From Piromyces finnis finn (lineage: Eukaryota; Fungi; Neocallimastigomycota), in assembly GCA_002104945.1 (NCBI GenBank), contig MCFH01000022.1, forward strand, positions 186,001 through 250,000: 64,000 nucleotides of DNA, in the 5' to 3' direction. The translations under genes and the position numbers were made by a program. Below, one piece after another: positions 34,062 through 48,004 of the stretch; position 1 is the first letter of the stretch, and each line of letters starts with the position of its first letter. Below the pieces are notes generated by a model, which had not been told where the DNA came from, did not search any database, and was given only the letters and a program-made list of their open reading frames with translations.

Positions 34062-34075
34062 TTCAAGCAAGTAAA

Positions 34076-34157
34076 GTCAGTTTGTCCGAGTGGTTAAGGA
34101 GTCAGACTTGAAATCTGATGGGCTCTGCCCGCGCAGGTTCAAACCCTGCAGCTGACG
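34076..34157 (+). tRNA. tRNA-Ser(UGA), intronless
   Basis: Cloverleaf: acceptor GTCAGTT/AGCTGAC, anticodon arm TCAGA-CTTGAAA-TCTGA, variable arm GGGC-TCT-GCCC, T arm GCAGG-TTCAAAC-CCTGC. Confidence 0.97.
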
Positions 34158-34164
34158 AATTAAT

Positions 34165-34247
34165 GCCGGGATGGCCGAGTTGGTCTAAGGCGGCGCACTC
34201 AAGATGCGTTTTCGAAAGAAGCGCGAGTTCGAATCTCGCTTCCGGCA
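34165..34247 (+). tRNA. tRNA-Leu(CAA), intronless
   Basis: Acceptor GCCGGGA/TTCCGGC, anticodon arm GCGCA-CTCAAGA-TGCGT, long variable arm, T arm GCGAG-TTCGAAT-CTCGC. Confidence 0.97.
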
Positions 34248-34254
34248 AAGATTA

Positions 34255-34259
34255 TTTTT
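34255..34259 (+). terminator. Pol III T-run terminator
   Basis: TTTTT 7 nt after tRNA-Leu; no T-run between the two tRNAs. Confidence 0.7.
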
Positions 34260-36343
34260 GTCCAATGTATCAATAAATATAGGCTATTTTATCCAATATA
34301 ATAAAATATAGATATAATTTAAAAGTCATGCCGTGTACCTTTTTACCGTTTGCAATTCCTATAAAAGTCAAGGTATGTTCTCTTTACACCTCTAATTTAT
34401 TATCCCATCGTATTAGAAAAAAAGGATAGTTTTATAAATCATGAATGACTTTTTCATTATTTCATCCCAGAAATAAATAGACAAATAATTAAATCCTTAC
34501 GGCTTCTTTTTTTTTTTTTTTTAATTATTATTATAAATTAAATACTTTTTTTAGAATTAATATTATATTGTATTATAATCTCTAAATTAATCCTTTTTTT
34601 TATTATTAATTAAAGTTTAATAGAATAAAAGAAAAATTTTTTTTAAGGAATTCTTTTTTTTATTATTATTATTAATTAAATACTAAATTAAAGTATTTAA
34701 TTAAAAATAGAAACTTTATAAATAGTCATTTAATTAAAATCAATAGATATTGCGGCAAGTAAAAAAAGAAAAGATTAAATTAAAAGAAGGTATCTTTTTA
34801 AATGTATTTTCTATTTTTAATCATTAATAATTATTATAATGAGTACTTTTAACTTGATTCTTTTAAATAAAAAAAAAAAAAAGAAATATTAATTTCTAAT
34901 TATAGGATTATTATTTTTTTATAAAAGATAAATCTTTTTTGAATTTCTACCTATTTCACTTTTACAAAAGGAAGGACATGAATTTTATTTTAATACCTTA
35001 ACCATCTTTCAACAACAACAAACAACAACAAACAACATCCTTTAAAATGTTTTTTTTTTTATTTAAATTTAAAATTTTTTTAAATAATCATTTTTTTAAT
35101 TAAAACTTTTTTTTTTTTAAAAAAAATAAATATAAAAAAAGTAGTAATAACAATAATTCTTTTCACTATCAAAAATAGTCTATTTATTTTAATAAATAGA
35201 TAAACTTTTAAAATAAAATGTTATGTTTTTCATAATAAAAGTAAATTATAAAACAATTAGCATCACCATCTTTTTTTTTTTATTATTTCATTTTGTCTCA
35301 AATCATTCAAATATCTTCCTTTTGAAATGTTGGCATGAACCATAAAATTAAGCTTTGTATTCTATTTCATTCTTTACACATTTGCCTGCCTACGTTGTAC
35401 CTATGTTGTTGTCCAATATCATATGGAATAAGAAAAAAATTTTTTTTTTTGACTTACTAGAAATTCGCCATAAATATTTTATCTGGAGCCACATTTAAAG
35501 TGTAATTTTTATATCTCATATATTATTATTTATTTTAATATGTTTAACAACTATGAATAATATATTTTAATACTATATATCTGAATATACTAATAATATA
35601 TTATAATGATATTAAAAATTTCCCATAAATTTTATTATTAAAAATGTCTTTAAAAAATTATTATTGTAATGTTTTTTTATCTAAAAAGTAAAAATTTTAA
35701 CCAATAATATATCATAAAATATAATGAATGAATCATTAATAAAATAAATAATTTATTCTATTAAAATAAATAGATACAAGAGAAAATTGTAATTTGATCT
35801 ATAAAATTTTTTTTATTTCATTTAATCCCTATTGAATTATTTAAAAAAAAAAACCTTTTTCTTTATTTCGTTTAAACATTATTTAAAATCTACTTTTTAT
35901 CATGCCATCCCCTACCATTTCTTTAATTAACTGACCATATCTTTACTATTATTTATTATTTCAGTGTATTAACTTATATTAGTAATGTATTTCATAATGT
36001 ATTTATAATATAAATAAAACAATTACTATTGTACTACCAATTTTAAACTTTTTCATATTTGAATTTGTATTTACGTATCAAATCAATTAAATAATTTTAT
36101 TCATTTTACAATGATGATTGGCTATTAAAGACATTTTGTATTTAAATAATATTAATTTATTATTAAATACATTATCCAACACATTACATTAACTTTTATG
36201 TAGTATGGAAATAAATCAGAATAAATAAATTATATATTATTTTATACGGTTACTTATTGAATATCCTATACCAGTTTAATGTATACATATTATTAGTTTT
36301 ATCACTATTATTACTCTAATTATTATTATAATTACTGTTACTA

Positions 36344-36517
<174 letters not shown>

Positions 36518-38564
36518 TTATCACCTATTTATTCATTCATGTTTTATTATAGAAATTTTGGGTAATGTATTCCGCTGTATGTGTGGCCAACAAAACTCTA
36601 TTGTATGGGAAAAACTAAGAATGAACATATAAATCAGAAAAAGAATTTCTAGGCAATGCACATTACAGTTGAAGATTACAATACAATAATAAATTTAAAA
36701 GTTCTTAAACAGCCATATATATGCTAAATCATACTTTTTCATTGTAATCCTAAAGATTTTTTTTTGTTATACAAGAACATGCCATATTCTATTCAGGCTT
36801 TATGATTTTACTTCTTTCTTCCTCATTACCCTTTTCTTTTTTTAATATTCTTTTTGTTTTGAATTTTTTTATTTAGTATTTTTAATTTAATTTACATATA
36901 TTATTTAATTTCTATAATATATTAAATATATGATTTAATAAAAATAATAAAATAATTTATGAATTATAATGTAAATATAATCTATATTCATATATTATAG
37001 TATAAGCTTGATATATAAAATAATTGTGTAATGATAATGTAATATATTATAAATCTATTTCTATTTTATTAAATATATTAATCTATAAAATAATATAAAT
37101 TAAATATTATATTTGTATTCATCAATTGCATATATAATTTCTAATAAATATTTATATTATTGATATATAATGTATATTCTATTAATATTTTAATTAAATT
37201 TATATTCTAATAATATATTATTGATATATTATTGATATTTTTTATACTATAAATGTGTTATTATCATATATTATTAGTAAAATGTAAATAAATTGATGAT
37301 TATCAATACTAGTGCAATCCTTTTTTTTTTTTTATAATAAAATAAATAATAAAATTTTACCAAAGAAATCATTATATATTATTTTATTAATTATTTATAA
37401 TAAATAATAGCACAAATCGTTTTGTCCCTACCCATACAGTGGTTTTGGTAGGGTAAAAAAAAAATTATAATTAATATTATTTGACATTCCTACATTTTAT
37501 TAATAAATAAAATTTATTAATTTTTTTTTTTTTTTAAATAATTTTTTTTTCTTTTCTTTTTTTGACTTTTTTTAACTTTTTTTCAAAAAAAAAAATTATT
37601 TTTCATATTTTATCTTATATTAATTTTTCTTTTTCCTTTTTTTTTTATATTTAAATATAAAAAAAAATAGTCATCAAAAATAATTAATCAATTCTATTGA
37701 TTAAATCTTTTTTTTTTATTATAAAATATTAATAGACTTTTTATTCTTCTTTAACCTTATTACTATTTTTAATTTAATTTATAGGTATATAAAAAAGGAA
37801 TTAATAAGTGATTCCTTTTTTATATATACTACATAAAGAAGAATATAAAGTTTTTTTATATATAAAAAAAAAGACAAAACGGAATAATAGTTATATTCCA
37901 AAAAAAAAACATCACCTAAAAATTATTGTAAAAAAAAAAGGAAAGAAAACATAAATAGAAAAATATTTATTCAAAAATAAAAAGAAAAGGATTATAAATA
38001 GCCATAAGTCAAATACCATAAGTCAAAGACATAATATTATTAAATATAATACAAAAAATATCTTTTTATTGCAAGAAACCAAAAAAAAAAGAACAATATA
38101 TTGTATTTATTAATCAAATTATACAAAAAAAAAATCATTTATCATATATTATTTGTAAAATATACAGTACCCTAATTTTTAACAATATTTAACTATATTT
38201 ATTCAGAAAGAAACTATAATAGTTTATTATTTATATTAAACACAAAAAATCAAATATTAAATTATATATACAGATTAATTATCCTATTTTTTTTTGGATA
38301 ATATTTATTTTTTAGATATTAAATACATTTTGTGAAATAAAAAATTCATTACAAATTTATAATATAAAGAAAGAAAAATATTAAATATTTTGTAGTCGTT
38401 TAATCTTTTTAATTATTATATAAAAATAAATTAAACGCAAGTAAAATATTATCTTAGAAAAAGAAAAAAGGTTCAAAAAAAAATATAAGAATATAACCTT
38501 TTTTTTTAGAGTTAAAATATATATCATTTTAAATAGATTAATAAAATAAAAAACATATATCAAA

Positions 38565-41500
38565 ATGGTTCGCGGAAAGAAGCCACAACTTTCTGCCTCT
38601 AAGGAAGATATAAGAGCTTTAGATCCATTAACTAATGAAACTATTGTCTCAAACCTTAGAGATAGATATTCTAACAATGCTTTTTACACTCGAATAGGGT
38701 CGAATTTAATAGTCGCAGTTAATCCAAACCGGCGAACTGATGCCATTTCAGAAGAAACTGAAATGGCTTATCTCGAAGATGCTATGGATACTTCTAACGA
38801 AAGTTCAAAGAAGAAACTTCCTCCACATGTCTATGAAATTGCCTCCAAAGCTTACCTTCACTTGTGTAGAAATGGAGAAGATCAAAGTATTATATTAAGG
38901 TAAAGTAAAGGTTTTTTTTAAATAAAAAAATAAACTAATTATTTTTGAGGAATAATTATGGTTTTTTAAAATTAAAAAAGAAAAATAGATTTGTAAAAAG
39001 GGAGGAGTGTGTAATAAAATGCTAAAAATGTTTTAATTGAATAAATAGAAATCGAAGGAATAAAAAGTTTTAATTAAATAAAGAGAAAACGAAAGATTAA
39101 GATAATAAAAATAAATTTTAATAAAATGAATAGAAAACAAAAAAATAGAGAACAATATATAAAATATTGGAAATATATATATTTTTTTTTGAAAGTTTTT
39201 AATTGAATAGAAATAATAAAATTGAATGGTAAAAGTAACAAAAAGGTAGAATAGGTTAAATTAAAATGCAAAGATTTAATATGGAAATGATAAAATAGAT
39301 AAAGAAAAAAATAGCATAATTATCATTTGTTTTTAAGTTATTAATATGTTTTGATTATTTATTAATTTAATAGAGGTGTTTCAGGAAGTGGTAAATCATT
39401 TACTAGAGATATGCTTGTTCAATATTTATGTGATCTTAGTAAGGGAAAGAAAAAGTCAAAAGTTAGAACTGGTATTAAGAATTCAGCTGTCATTCTTAAT
39501 GCTTTTGGTAATGCCAAGACTATATTAAATCCAGATGCTTCTCGCTATGGTAAATATACAGAAGTTCAATATGATAATCACGGTAAAATTATTGGTGCAA
39601 AGATTTGTGATTATTTATTAGAAAAAAATAGAATCACTGATATACCAGCCGGTGAAAGAAGTTATCATGTCTTTTACTACTTATTTGCTGGTGCTTCTAT
39701 AGAAGAAAAGAATTACTGGAGATTAGGTGAAGTTACTAATTATTATTACATGGGTGATCAACGTTCTATTCAAGCAACAGATGAAACAAAATTCAAAGAA
39801 TTAACTAATGCAATGAAGACAGTTGGTATTGGTAGATCTGCCCAAAATCAAATATTCCAACTTTTAACTGCTATACTTCAACTTGGAAATTTACAATTTG
39901 TTGATTCAGGTGATATGACACAAGAACCATGTCAAATTAAAAATCTTGATTTATTAGAAGTTATTGCTGAAACTCTTGGTATTCACCCACGTAACCTTGA
40001 AACGGTTTTAACTTATAAAACTATGTATATTAAACGTGAACTTTGTTCTGTTTTCTTAAATGCTGAAACAGCTATTATTCAACGTGATTCTCTTGCAAAG
40101 TGTCTTTACTCTCTTCTCTTCCGTTGGATTGTTGATCATATTAACAATCGTTTATGTAAAACCGAAGAAGAAACTGCCAATTTCATTGGTATTACTGATT
40201 TCCCAGGTTTCCAAAATAAGGAAGATAATCAACTTCAGGAATTACTTTCTCATTACATGAACGAACACACCAATCAATTCATTAATCAACAAGTCTTTGA
40301 AATTCCATTAAGTGATTACAAGAGTCAAAATATCAGAGTACAAGAATATCATTATATTCCAAATGAAGAAATTATTCAATTATATGAAAAGTCAAATGGT
40401 ATCATTAACGTATTGGACAGTGAATGTAATCGTACTCGTAAGAACCAAGACCGTCTTTTAGGTAAGATTAATGCTTTAGCTGAAGGTTCTAGTATAATTA
40501 AGCCAGCTAGAAACGGCTTCACCATTCAACATTATGAAGGTGATGTTACTTATGAAATTGAAGATTTATTAGAATCTAACTTGGAAAGTATGAATAGTGA
40601 CTTTGTTTCATTAATTCGTGGTAGTGGTGAAATGCCAGAATCTAACAATGAATTTATCAAAAGTCTTTTCTCTGATAAGGCTGTCACCACTCAAACTCTT
40701 AACAGCACTAGTACTAATATTGTCGATGCTCAGCAATCCAAGCTTCCATCTCGTTCTCCATCTACAAAACGTAAGCAAAGAAAGCTTGAAAAGAAGAAGC
40801 AAACCGAAGTTGTTCCAACTGTTGGTAGTCACTTAACTTCCACCATGAATGAATTATTTGATTCACTCTCTGAAACTAACCCATGGCTTGTAATGTGTAT
40901 TAAACCAAATGAAGATTTAAGAACTTATAAGTTTAACGCTAACTATGTTGACGAACAAGTTCAAATGTATGGAATGGAAGATATCACAAAGATTCGTCAA
41001 GATTATGATTATACCTCTTACTTTACTTTTGATGAATTCTTGGAGATTTTCGAACCAATTGTTGAATCTCTTCAACTTCCAAACAATTCACCAAGAAATA
41101 AGTGTATTTCCTTTGTTAACGTTTTCAAGTGGGGACCACAAGATGTTTTAATTGGTCAAGATAAGCTTTTCGTTTCTGAAGATGCATGGAGAATCTTGGA
41201 TAACGAAGTCAGGGCTATTGAAGAAGCCATGAAGCCAAAGAAAAACAGAATTTCAGATGGTATCCATGGTGATTCAAATAGCCGCTCTGGTTTAATTGAA
41301 GGTTATTCTGATATCCGTGAAGGTAGTGAATTTAGTGAAGATGAAATTTTGACCGAAGATAATATGTCTCAATTCGATTCGGAATATCACTTCAATGATC
41401 AAAATACAGATGCTCTTGTTGAAGATGTTAAAAATCGTGATGAAAATATTATTCCACAAGAACAACAGGAAGAAGAAGAAGAATCTTCTGAAGAAGAAGA

Positions 41501-44500
41501 AGAAGAAAAAGAAAAAACAACTTTAGCTCGTAAACAATGGGTTTGCTTTACTTGGTCTGTTACTTGGTGTTACTTCCCATGTTGTCTTTCATGGTGTGGT
41601 GGTATGAAACTTAAAGAAATTCAAATGGCTTGGCGTGAAAAGGTTGCTCTTTGTATTATTATTGGTTTATTGAGTGCTTCTATTATCTTTTATATTGTTG
41701 GTCTTGGTCAAATTATTTGTCCAAAGCAAAATGTAATGACCAGAGAAGAACTTCGTAAATATGATAAACCTAGTAAGGCCTATGTTGGTTTACACGGACG
41801 TTATTTAGATATTACTGATTTCCTTAATAAGCCATCTCATATTATTTATAAGGATACTGTTGGTTTTGATGATTATATTGGTCAAGATTTAACCTATATG
41901 TTTTATTCTCCACTTGATTTATGGGGTATATCTTACTGTTTAGGTGTTGGTGCTAATCCACGTGATAACAACATGCAATGGGATTATATTTATGGTGATA
42001 AGGAAACTACTGCTCGTCGTAAGAACTTTGAAACAAACGTCGAAAATGGTTCCACCTATCTCCACCGTATTAACAATCCAAATCCAGATAATAGAGGTCC
42101 ATCAAACGTTCCAAAGGATTATGTTCATTACTTAATTAAATCTTACTTTAAGGGTTACCTTGTTATTTCCAAGGATCAAATTAAGCCAGGATCCTCCAAT
42201 GAAAGTAATGTCAAGTATGTTGTTATTAAGGATAATGTCTATGATATTACTAGTTATGGTGGTGGTAACAACTTCTTAGGTAAATTCTATGATGAAGTTT
42301 TAACTGAACCATCTCGCGATGTAACTGATCTCTATGAGAAATATGTCAAAAAGTATAGAAGTAATGAAGGTTTAGAAGACTATTATTCACCAGAGAGCTG
42401 TCTTCAATGTATGAAGGATATCTTCTTCTATGCTAAGATTGATCATCGTAATGATCTTCGTTGTCAATTGACTAATTACATGCTTTTAATTGGTTCCATT
42501 GTATTAGTCAGTGTTATTGGTGTCAAGTTCTTAGCTGCTCTTCGTTTTGGTGGTAAGAGAGATCCAGAAGAATATGATAAGTTTGTTATTTGCCAAGTAC
42601 CATGTTATACTGAAGATGACGATTCTCTTCGTAAGACCATTGATTCACTTTCTACAATGCAATATGATGATAAGCGTAAACTTCTCTTCATTATTGCTGA
42701 TGGTATGATTATTGGTAGTGGTAACGATCGTCCAACTCCACGTATTGTTTTAGATATTCTTGGTGTTGATGCTAGTGTAGATCCTGAAGCTTTCGCTTTC
42801 CATTCCATTGGTGAAGGTCCACTTGAATACAATATGGGTAAGATTTACTCTGGTCTTTATGAATGTAAGGGTAGATCTGTTCCATTCATTGTAGTTGTTA
42901 AGGTCGGTAGTCCAGCTGAACGTTCAAGACCAGGTAATCGTGGTAAGCGTGATTCTCAAATGATTTTAATGCGTTTCCTTTCCAAGGTTCACTTTAATTC
43001 TGAAATGACTCCTCTTGAATTAGAAATCTACCACCAAATGAAGAATGTTATTGGTGTTAACCCAAGTTTCTATGAATATGTTTTGATGGTTGATGCCGAT
43101 ACCAGAGTTATGAAGGATTCCTTAAATCGTATGGTTGCTTGTATGATTCACGACTCTAAGATTATGGGTATTTGTGGTGAAACTAGATTAGAATCTGAAA
43201 AGAAGAGTTGGGTTACTATGATTCAAGTTTACGAATACTTTATTTCCCATCATTTATCAAAGGCATTCGAATCATTATTCGGTTCTGTTACTTGTTTACC
43301 AGGTTGTTTCTCTATGTATCGTGTTCGTACACCAACTCGTCACATTCCATTATTAATCAGTCCAGATATTATCAATGACTATTCCGAAAACAAGGTTGAT
43401 ACTCTTCATAAGAAGAATCTTTTATCTCTTGGTGAAGATCGTTACTTAACCACATTAATGTTGAAGCACTTCCCTAACTTGAAATTAACCTTCACTCCAG
43501 ATGCAATTTGTAAAACTAATGTTCCAGATCGTTTCAATGTTTTGTTATCTCAACGTCGTCGTTGGATTAACTCTACGGTTCACAACTTGGTTGAATTACT
43601 TTTCTTACCACAACTTTGCGGTTTCCTTTGTTTCTCCCTTCGTTTTGTTGTATTCCTTGATTTATTCGCTACTTTGACCCAACCAGCCACAATTATTTAC
43701 TTGATCTATTTAATCTACGTTGTTATTGTTAAGGGTGATGATCTTCCAGTTCTTTCCTTGTTGCTTTTGGTGGCAATGTATGGTTTCCAAGTTATTATCT
43801 TCTTATTAAAGAAGCAATGGCAACATGTTGGTTGGATGATCATTTACATTTTAGCCATTCCACTCTTTGGTTTCTTCATTCCACTTTACTCCTTCTGGCA
43901 CTTTGATGATTTCTCATGGGGTAATACTCGTGTCGTTATTGAACGTAAAATGCGTAAGAAGGGTAAGAAGAATGATGTTGAAATGTATGATCCAAAGCAA
44001 ATTCCAATGAAGAAGTGGGAAGATTACGAACGTGAACTTTATGAACAACAAGAAGAATCATCAAAGGATTCTCGTGCCTCTGACTTTAATGTTCAATCCT
44101 CTTATGCTCCATCCTCTATTACAGCCGTTCCACCACCTCAATTTGAAACCAACTACTCTCCATCTATTCCAGCCGGTAGTGTCTATGGTGGTGAAATGCC
44201 AACTTCATATTATAACGGTTCAGTTTATGCAGCAAGTGCTTATCAACCAAGTACTCCAGCAGGTCCATACAGCTCAATATATCAATCTCAAGCCTCTGGC
44301 TATCCAAATACTTCAGGTTATCCAAACACTTCAGTATACAGTAGTAAACCAAGTGGTATGATGCCATCAGATGAAGAAATTGTTCGTGAAATTCGACAAA
44401 TACTTTCTACTGCTGATTTAATGAATATTACTAAGAAACAAGTTCGTGAACAATTAACCAACTACTTTGGTGTTGACATGGCACCAAAGAAGAGCTACAT

Positions 44501-44540
44501 TAATTCTGTCATTGAATCAATATTAGAAGGTAAGATGTAA
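38565..44540 (+). CDS. chsV: Class V myosin-motor chitin synthase; join(38565..38899,39374..44540), about 1833 aa, one 474-bp GT-AG intron
   Basis: Splicing AG|GTAAAG...TAATAG|A restores R-GVSGSGKS (P-loop) in frame with the 39411 ORF; AFGNAKT/ASRYGKY, DFPGF, two cytochrome b5-like repeats, GKRDSQ, EDRYL, QRRRW, C-terminal DEK-C domain. Confidence 0.95.
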
Positions 44541-45512
44541 GCGTTCAAAGCTTATTGAAACATTTTACAGTATCTACTATCTTTATGTAGAAATCCACTT
44601 TCATTCTTTTAAAATACCAAAGAAAAAAAGACATTTAGTTTATTATAATACCATATATTAGTTAAGAAGCGTTAAAAAGAAAAAAAAAAAAGAACCTTTG
44701 TAGTAAAAATGAATTTAGTATTTATTTTATCATCCACCACGTTAGAAAGATAACACTATAGAAAAAATAATAAACTATATATATATATAATAGTATCTAC
44801 TACAATATTATGAACAAATAATACCTCAAAAAAAAAAAAATAATCTATTATAGTAATATTATCAAACAAATCTATTAGTAAAAAAAAAAAATAATAATAA
44901 ACATTAGCACACACATATATATACACATTACATGAAAAAAAAAAAAAGAAACAGAAAAAAAATCAATATTTTATATTTTAAAAAGCATCCAAAAAAAACA
45001 AACATAAATAGCGTTTAAAAAATAAAATAAATTTTTATATTTCTTTTTTTTTTTTTTTTATTATTATTATTATTTTTTTTTTTCATTTTTTTAAAAAAAT
45101 ATTTAATACTATATATTTTATTATTATCTCTTTTATTTTTAATTTTATATATATATCTTAATTAATTAGTATTTTTAATATATTATTATCTTTAAAGAAA
45201 TAAAAAAAAAAAAAAATTGTAATAATTAAATTATTATAATATTTTTTTTATTTCAAGAAATTAAAAATAAAAAATTTTTAAAAATAAATTAATAAAAAAA
45301 TTATTTATAGTATTTATCATAAAATATGAAAATAAATATTTAATAAAATTAAAAAAAAAAAAAAAAAAAAAAATAGGTTATATAGTTTTAAACAAATTTT
45401 GTGTGACTATTTTATTTGTGTGTGGGTGTGTTTGATTAAAAAAAAAAAAAAGTATTCTCATTTAATATCGAAATTTTATTTTTTTTTAACTTCCGAGTAC
45501 ATTTCACCCATC

Positions 45513-47825
45513 AATCTCAGAATATGGTTTAAAGAATAATTTCATTAGACCTGAACAATTTGGTTTTCGAAAAAAGGAAGAAAGTATCAGTCTTTTCATT
45601 TCAATCCAAGAAATATGCCGTAGACGTCAATTAGATAATAAAGAGACATATTTGGCCTTTTTAGATCTCAGGAAAGCATACGATTCAGTCCCAATCGGTA
45701 ATATTCTCCATAAATTAGATTGTTTAGGAATCCGAGGTAAGAGTTTACAATTTATCAAAAATTTATATTTAACATCTAAGGCTAATGTCAAATTAGATGG
45801 ACAATTCTCGAAATCTTTTGATGTGAAGAAAGGAGTTCGTCAAGGTTGCCCTCTTTCTCCTATTCTCTTTAATCTCTTTATTAATGATATATTTAAAGAG
45901 TGCGAAGATCTAGGAGTCAGTTTAGGTGACACTCGATGCTGTGGTGGACTTTTTGCAGATGATATAGTTATTTGTGCTCCAACAAGAGGATGCTTAAAAA
46001 AGATGCTTAGAAGAGTTAATGAATGGGCCTTGTATAATGAAATGGAATTTGGTATTCAGAAATGTTCAACGATGGTGATTCGTCCTGAATCAATAGAAAA
46101 TCAGAACAAGAGAGATCCAACATTTTACTTAGCAGGACAACCCATTCCAACTACTGATTGTTATACTTATCTTGGTGTTCCATTTGATAAGAATTTGTCC
46201 CTTAAACCAGTAATTAAAGCTCTTAATAACAAGGTTTTGAAAGGACTTTTCTCAGTCAGTAAATTCTTAAGAAATCCTAATATTCCTATTCCTTTCAAAA
46301 AACTAGTACTTAACTCACAAGTGATTAGCAGAGTTTCATACTTTGCACCATTACTTGGATCCAACAAAGCTAGGTCTAGGATTGCTCAGAAGCATGTTAA
46401 CAAAGGAATACGATGGGTTGCCGGAGTTCATAAAGCTGTATCGTTTATATCTTTATACTCTATTTCAAAAGATTTGAATATTCCTCCTTTGTCAGCCAAA
46501 TGTGCGTTAGCTCAGGTTAGATGTTTTAACAAATGGAAAAACTCAAATTGTATTATCTCATACCTTGTCAATTACATTCCTAAATTTAGAAAATACACGT
46601 GGTGCAAATCAAGTAGGACACTTGATAAAAAACTAAAGAAACATGGAGATGTTAAAGCAGTTAAAAACTTTTATTGGAAAGATCTCAAAGGGAATTCAAT
46701 CAAAGTGCAATATTATGATGATAATAAATTTATTGAAACTAAATATTTTATTAAATTATGTTATGAGTACCCAGAGTTTGCCTATGGCTTCTACTGGCTA
46801 TTGAAAGCAAGAAGCGGATACAAGTTGGATGCTAGAGTTGCCAAAGCTGCCAAATTTGTTGATCCAGTTTGTCCTAACTACTGTCCATGTTGCAAGTGTG
46901 GAGATCAAAGTATTAAACATTGGTTATTAGATTGTCCAACATTTAGAGATATCCGTATTAAACATTATGATTCCATAGTCCAGCTATTAAATTTTTTCAG
47001 TCAACGTAATTCCAACAGTCCTATTAATAATAATGAAATTGATAATGTCAGCAGAGATAGCAATAACAGTAATAGTAATAGTAACAATAATAATAATAAC
47101 AATAGTAATAATAACAATAGTAGTAATAGTAATAATAGAAATAGTAATAATAACAATAGTAGTAATAGAAATAATAATATTAGTAATGATAGCAATAGTG
47201 ATGATAATAATTCTAATTTAGATAGTAATTTAGTTAATGATAGTAATAGTTCTAATAATCCGGTGAATATTAATGTGTATGATTATTCTAGTGTGCAGTA
47301 AAATATTTAAATTCCTTCTTGGGGGAAGAAGTTTTAACAATATTAATTACAATTCAAGGGAATGGAAAGAACTTTGTAAGCGTCAGATTCAATCTGGTAC
47401 TAACGAAGGAACACCATTCTTGACGGTAACCGCGGAACTTCTAACCAAAATCATGCCTTTTGCTATTGGCCAGCAATGGTCAATGTTCAAAAGGTTTGAA
47501 GCAACATCCAAGAGCGTCAATGCTGAAGAAACAGTAAGACAGGCCAGGAGGGCCAGCGCAACCAATGGAGATCATAATTTTGTTCCATGACAAAATTTTG
47601 ATCTTTGGCTCGGTGTCCCATTGGAAGTCAAATACAATTATTATACTTTAGTATGATAGTGGCTTTCTTACTTTAATTAAAATTACTAGAATACATTATA
47701 CCCAATTTTTATTCATTTGTGTTTATTTAAACATATTTTTTTTATTTTTATTTTATTTTAATTTTTATATTACATGTATTATAATTTTAATTAAATTAAT
47801 AATAAAGTTTAAAATATTTGATGCC

Positions 47826-47855
<30 letters not shown>
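45513..47855 (+). mobile_element. 5'-truncated non-LTR retrotransposon (LINE) copy 1 with poly(A) tail; frameshifted
   Basis: RT motifs EQFGFR, FLDLRKAYD, GVRQGCPLSP, FADD, YLGV; CPCC...H...C zinc finger; ends GATGCCGTT(A)27; a 2-bp deletion at ~47292 relative to copy 2 gives an early stop. Clade not determinable by eye. Confidence 0.92.
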
Positions 47856-47856
<1 letters not shown>

Positions 47857-48004
47857 TCATCCTAAAAAAAAAAAAAAAAAAAAAAAGATACATCATTTTT
47901 TTATTTAAGTTGAATAAAAATTTATTCCGAACTATTTTTTATTATTATTATTAAAAAGAAAGAAATTCAATTAAATCTCTTTCATATTATAATGATAATA
48001 ATAA

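Noticed and set aside
47001-47221. Poly-Leu and Ile/Val-rich ORFs, repeated at 57826-58046
   Set aside because: Alternate-frame readings of the LINE Asn/Ser microsatellite.
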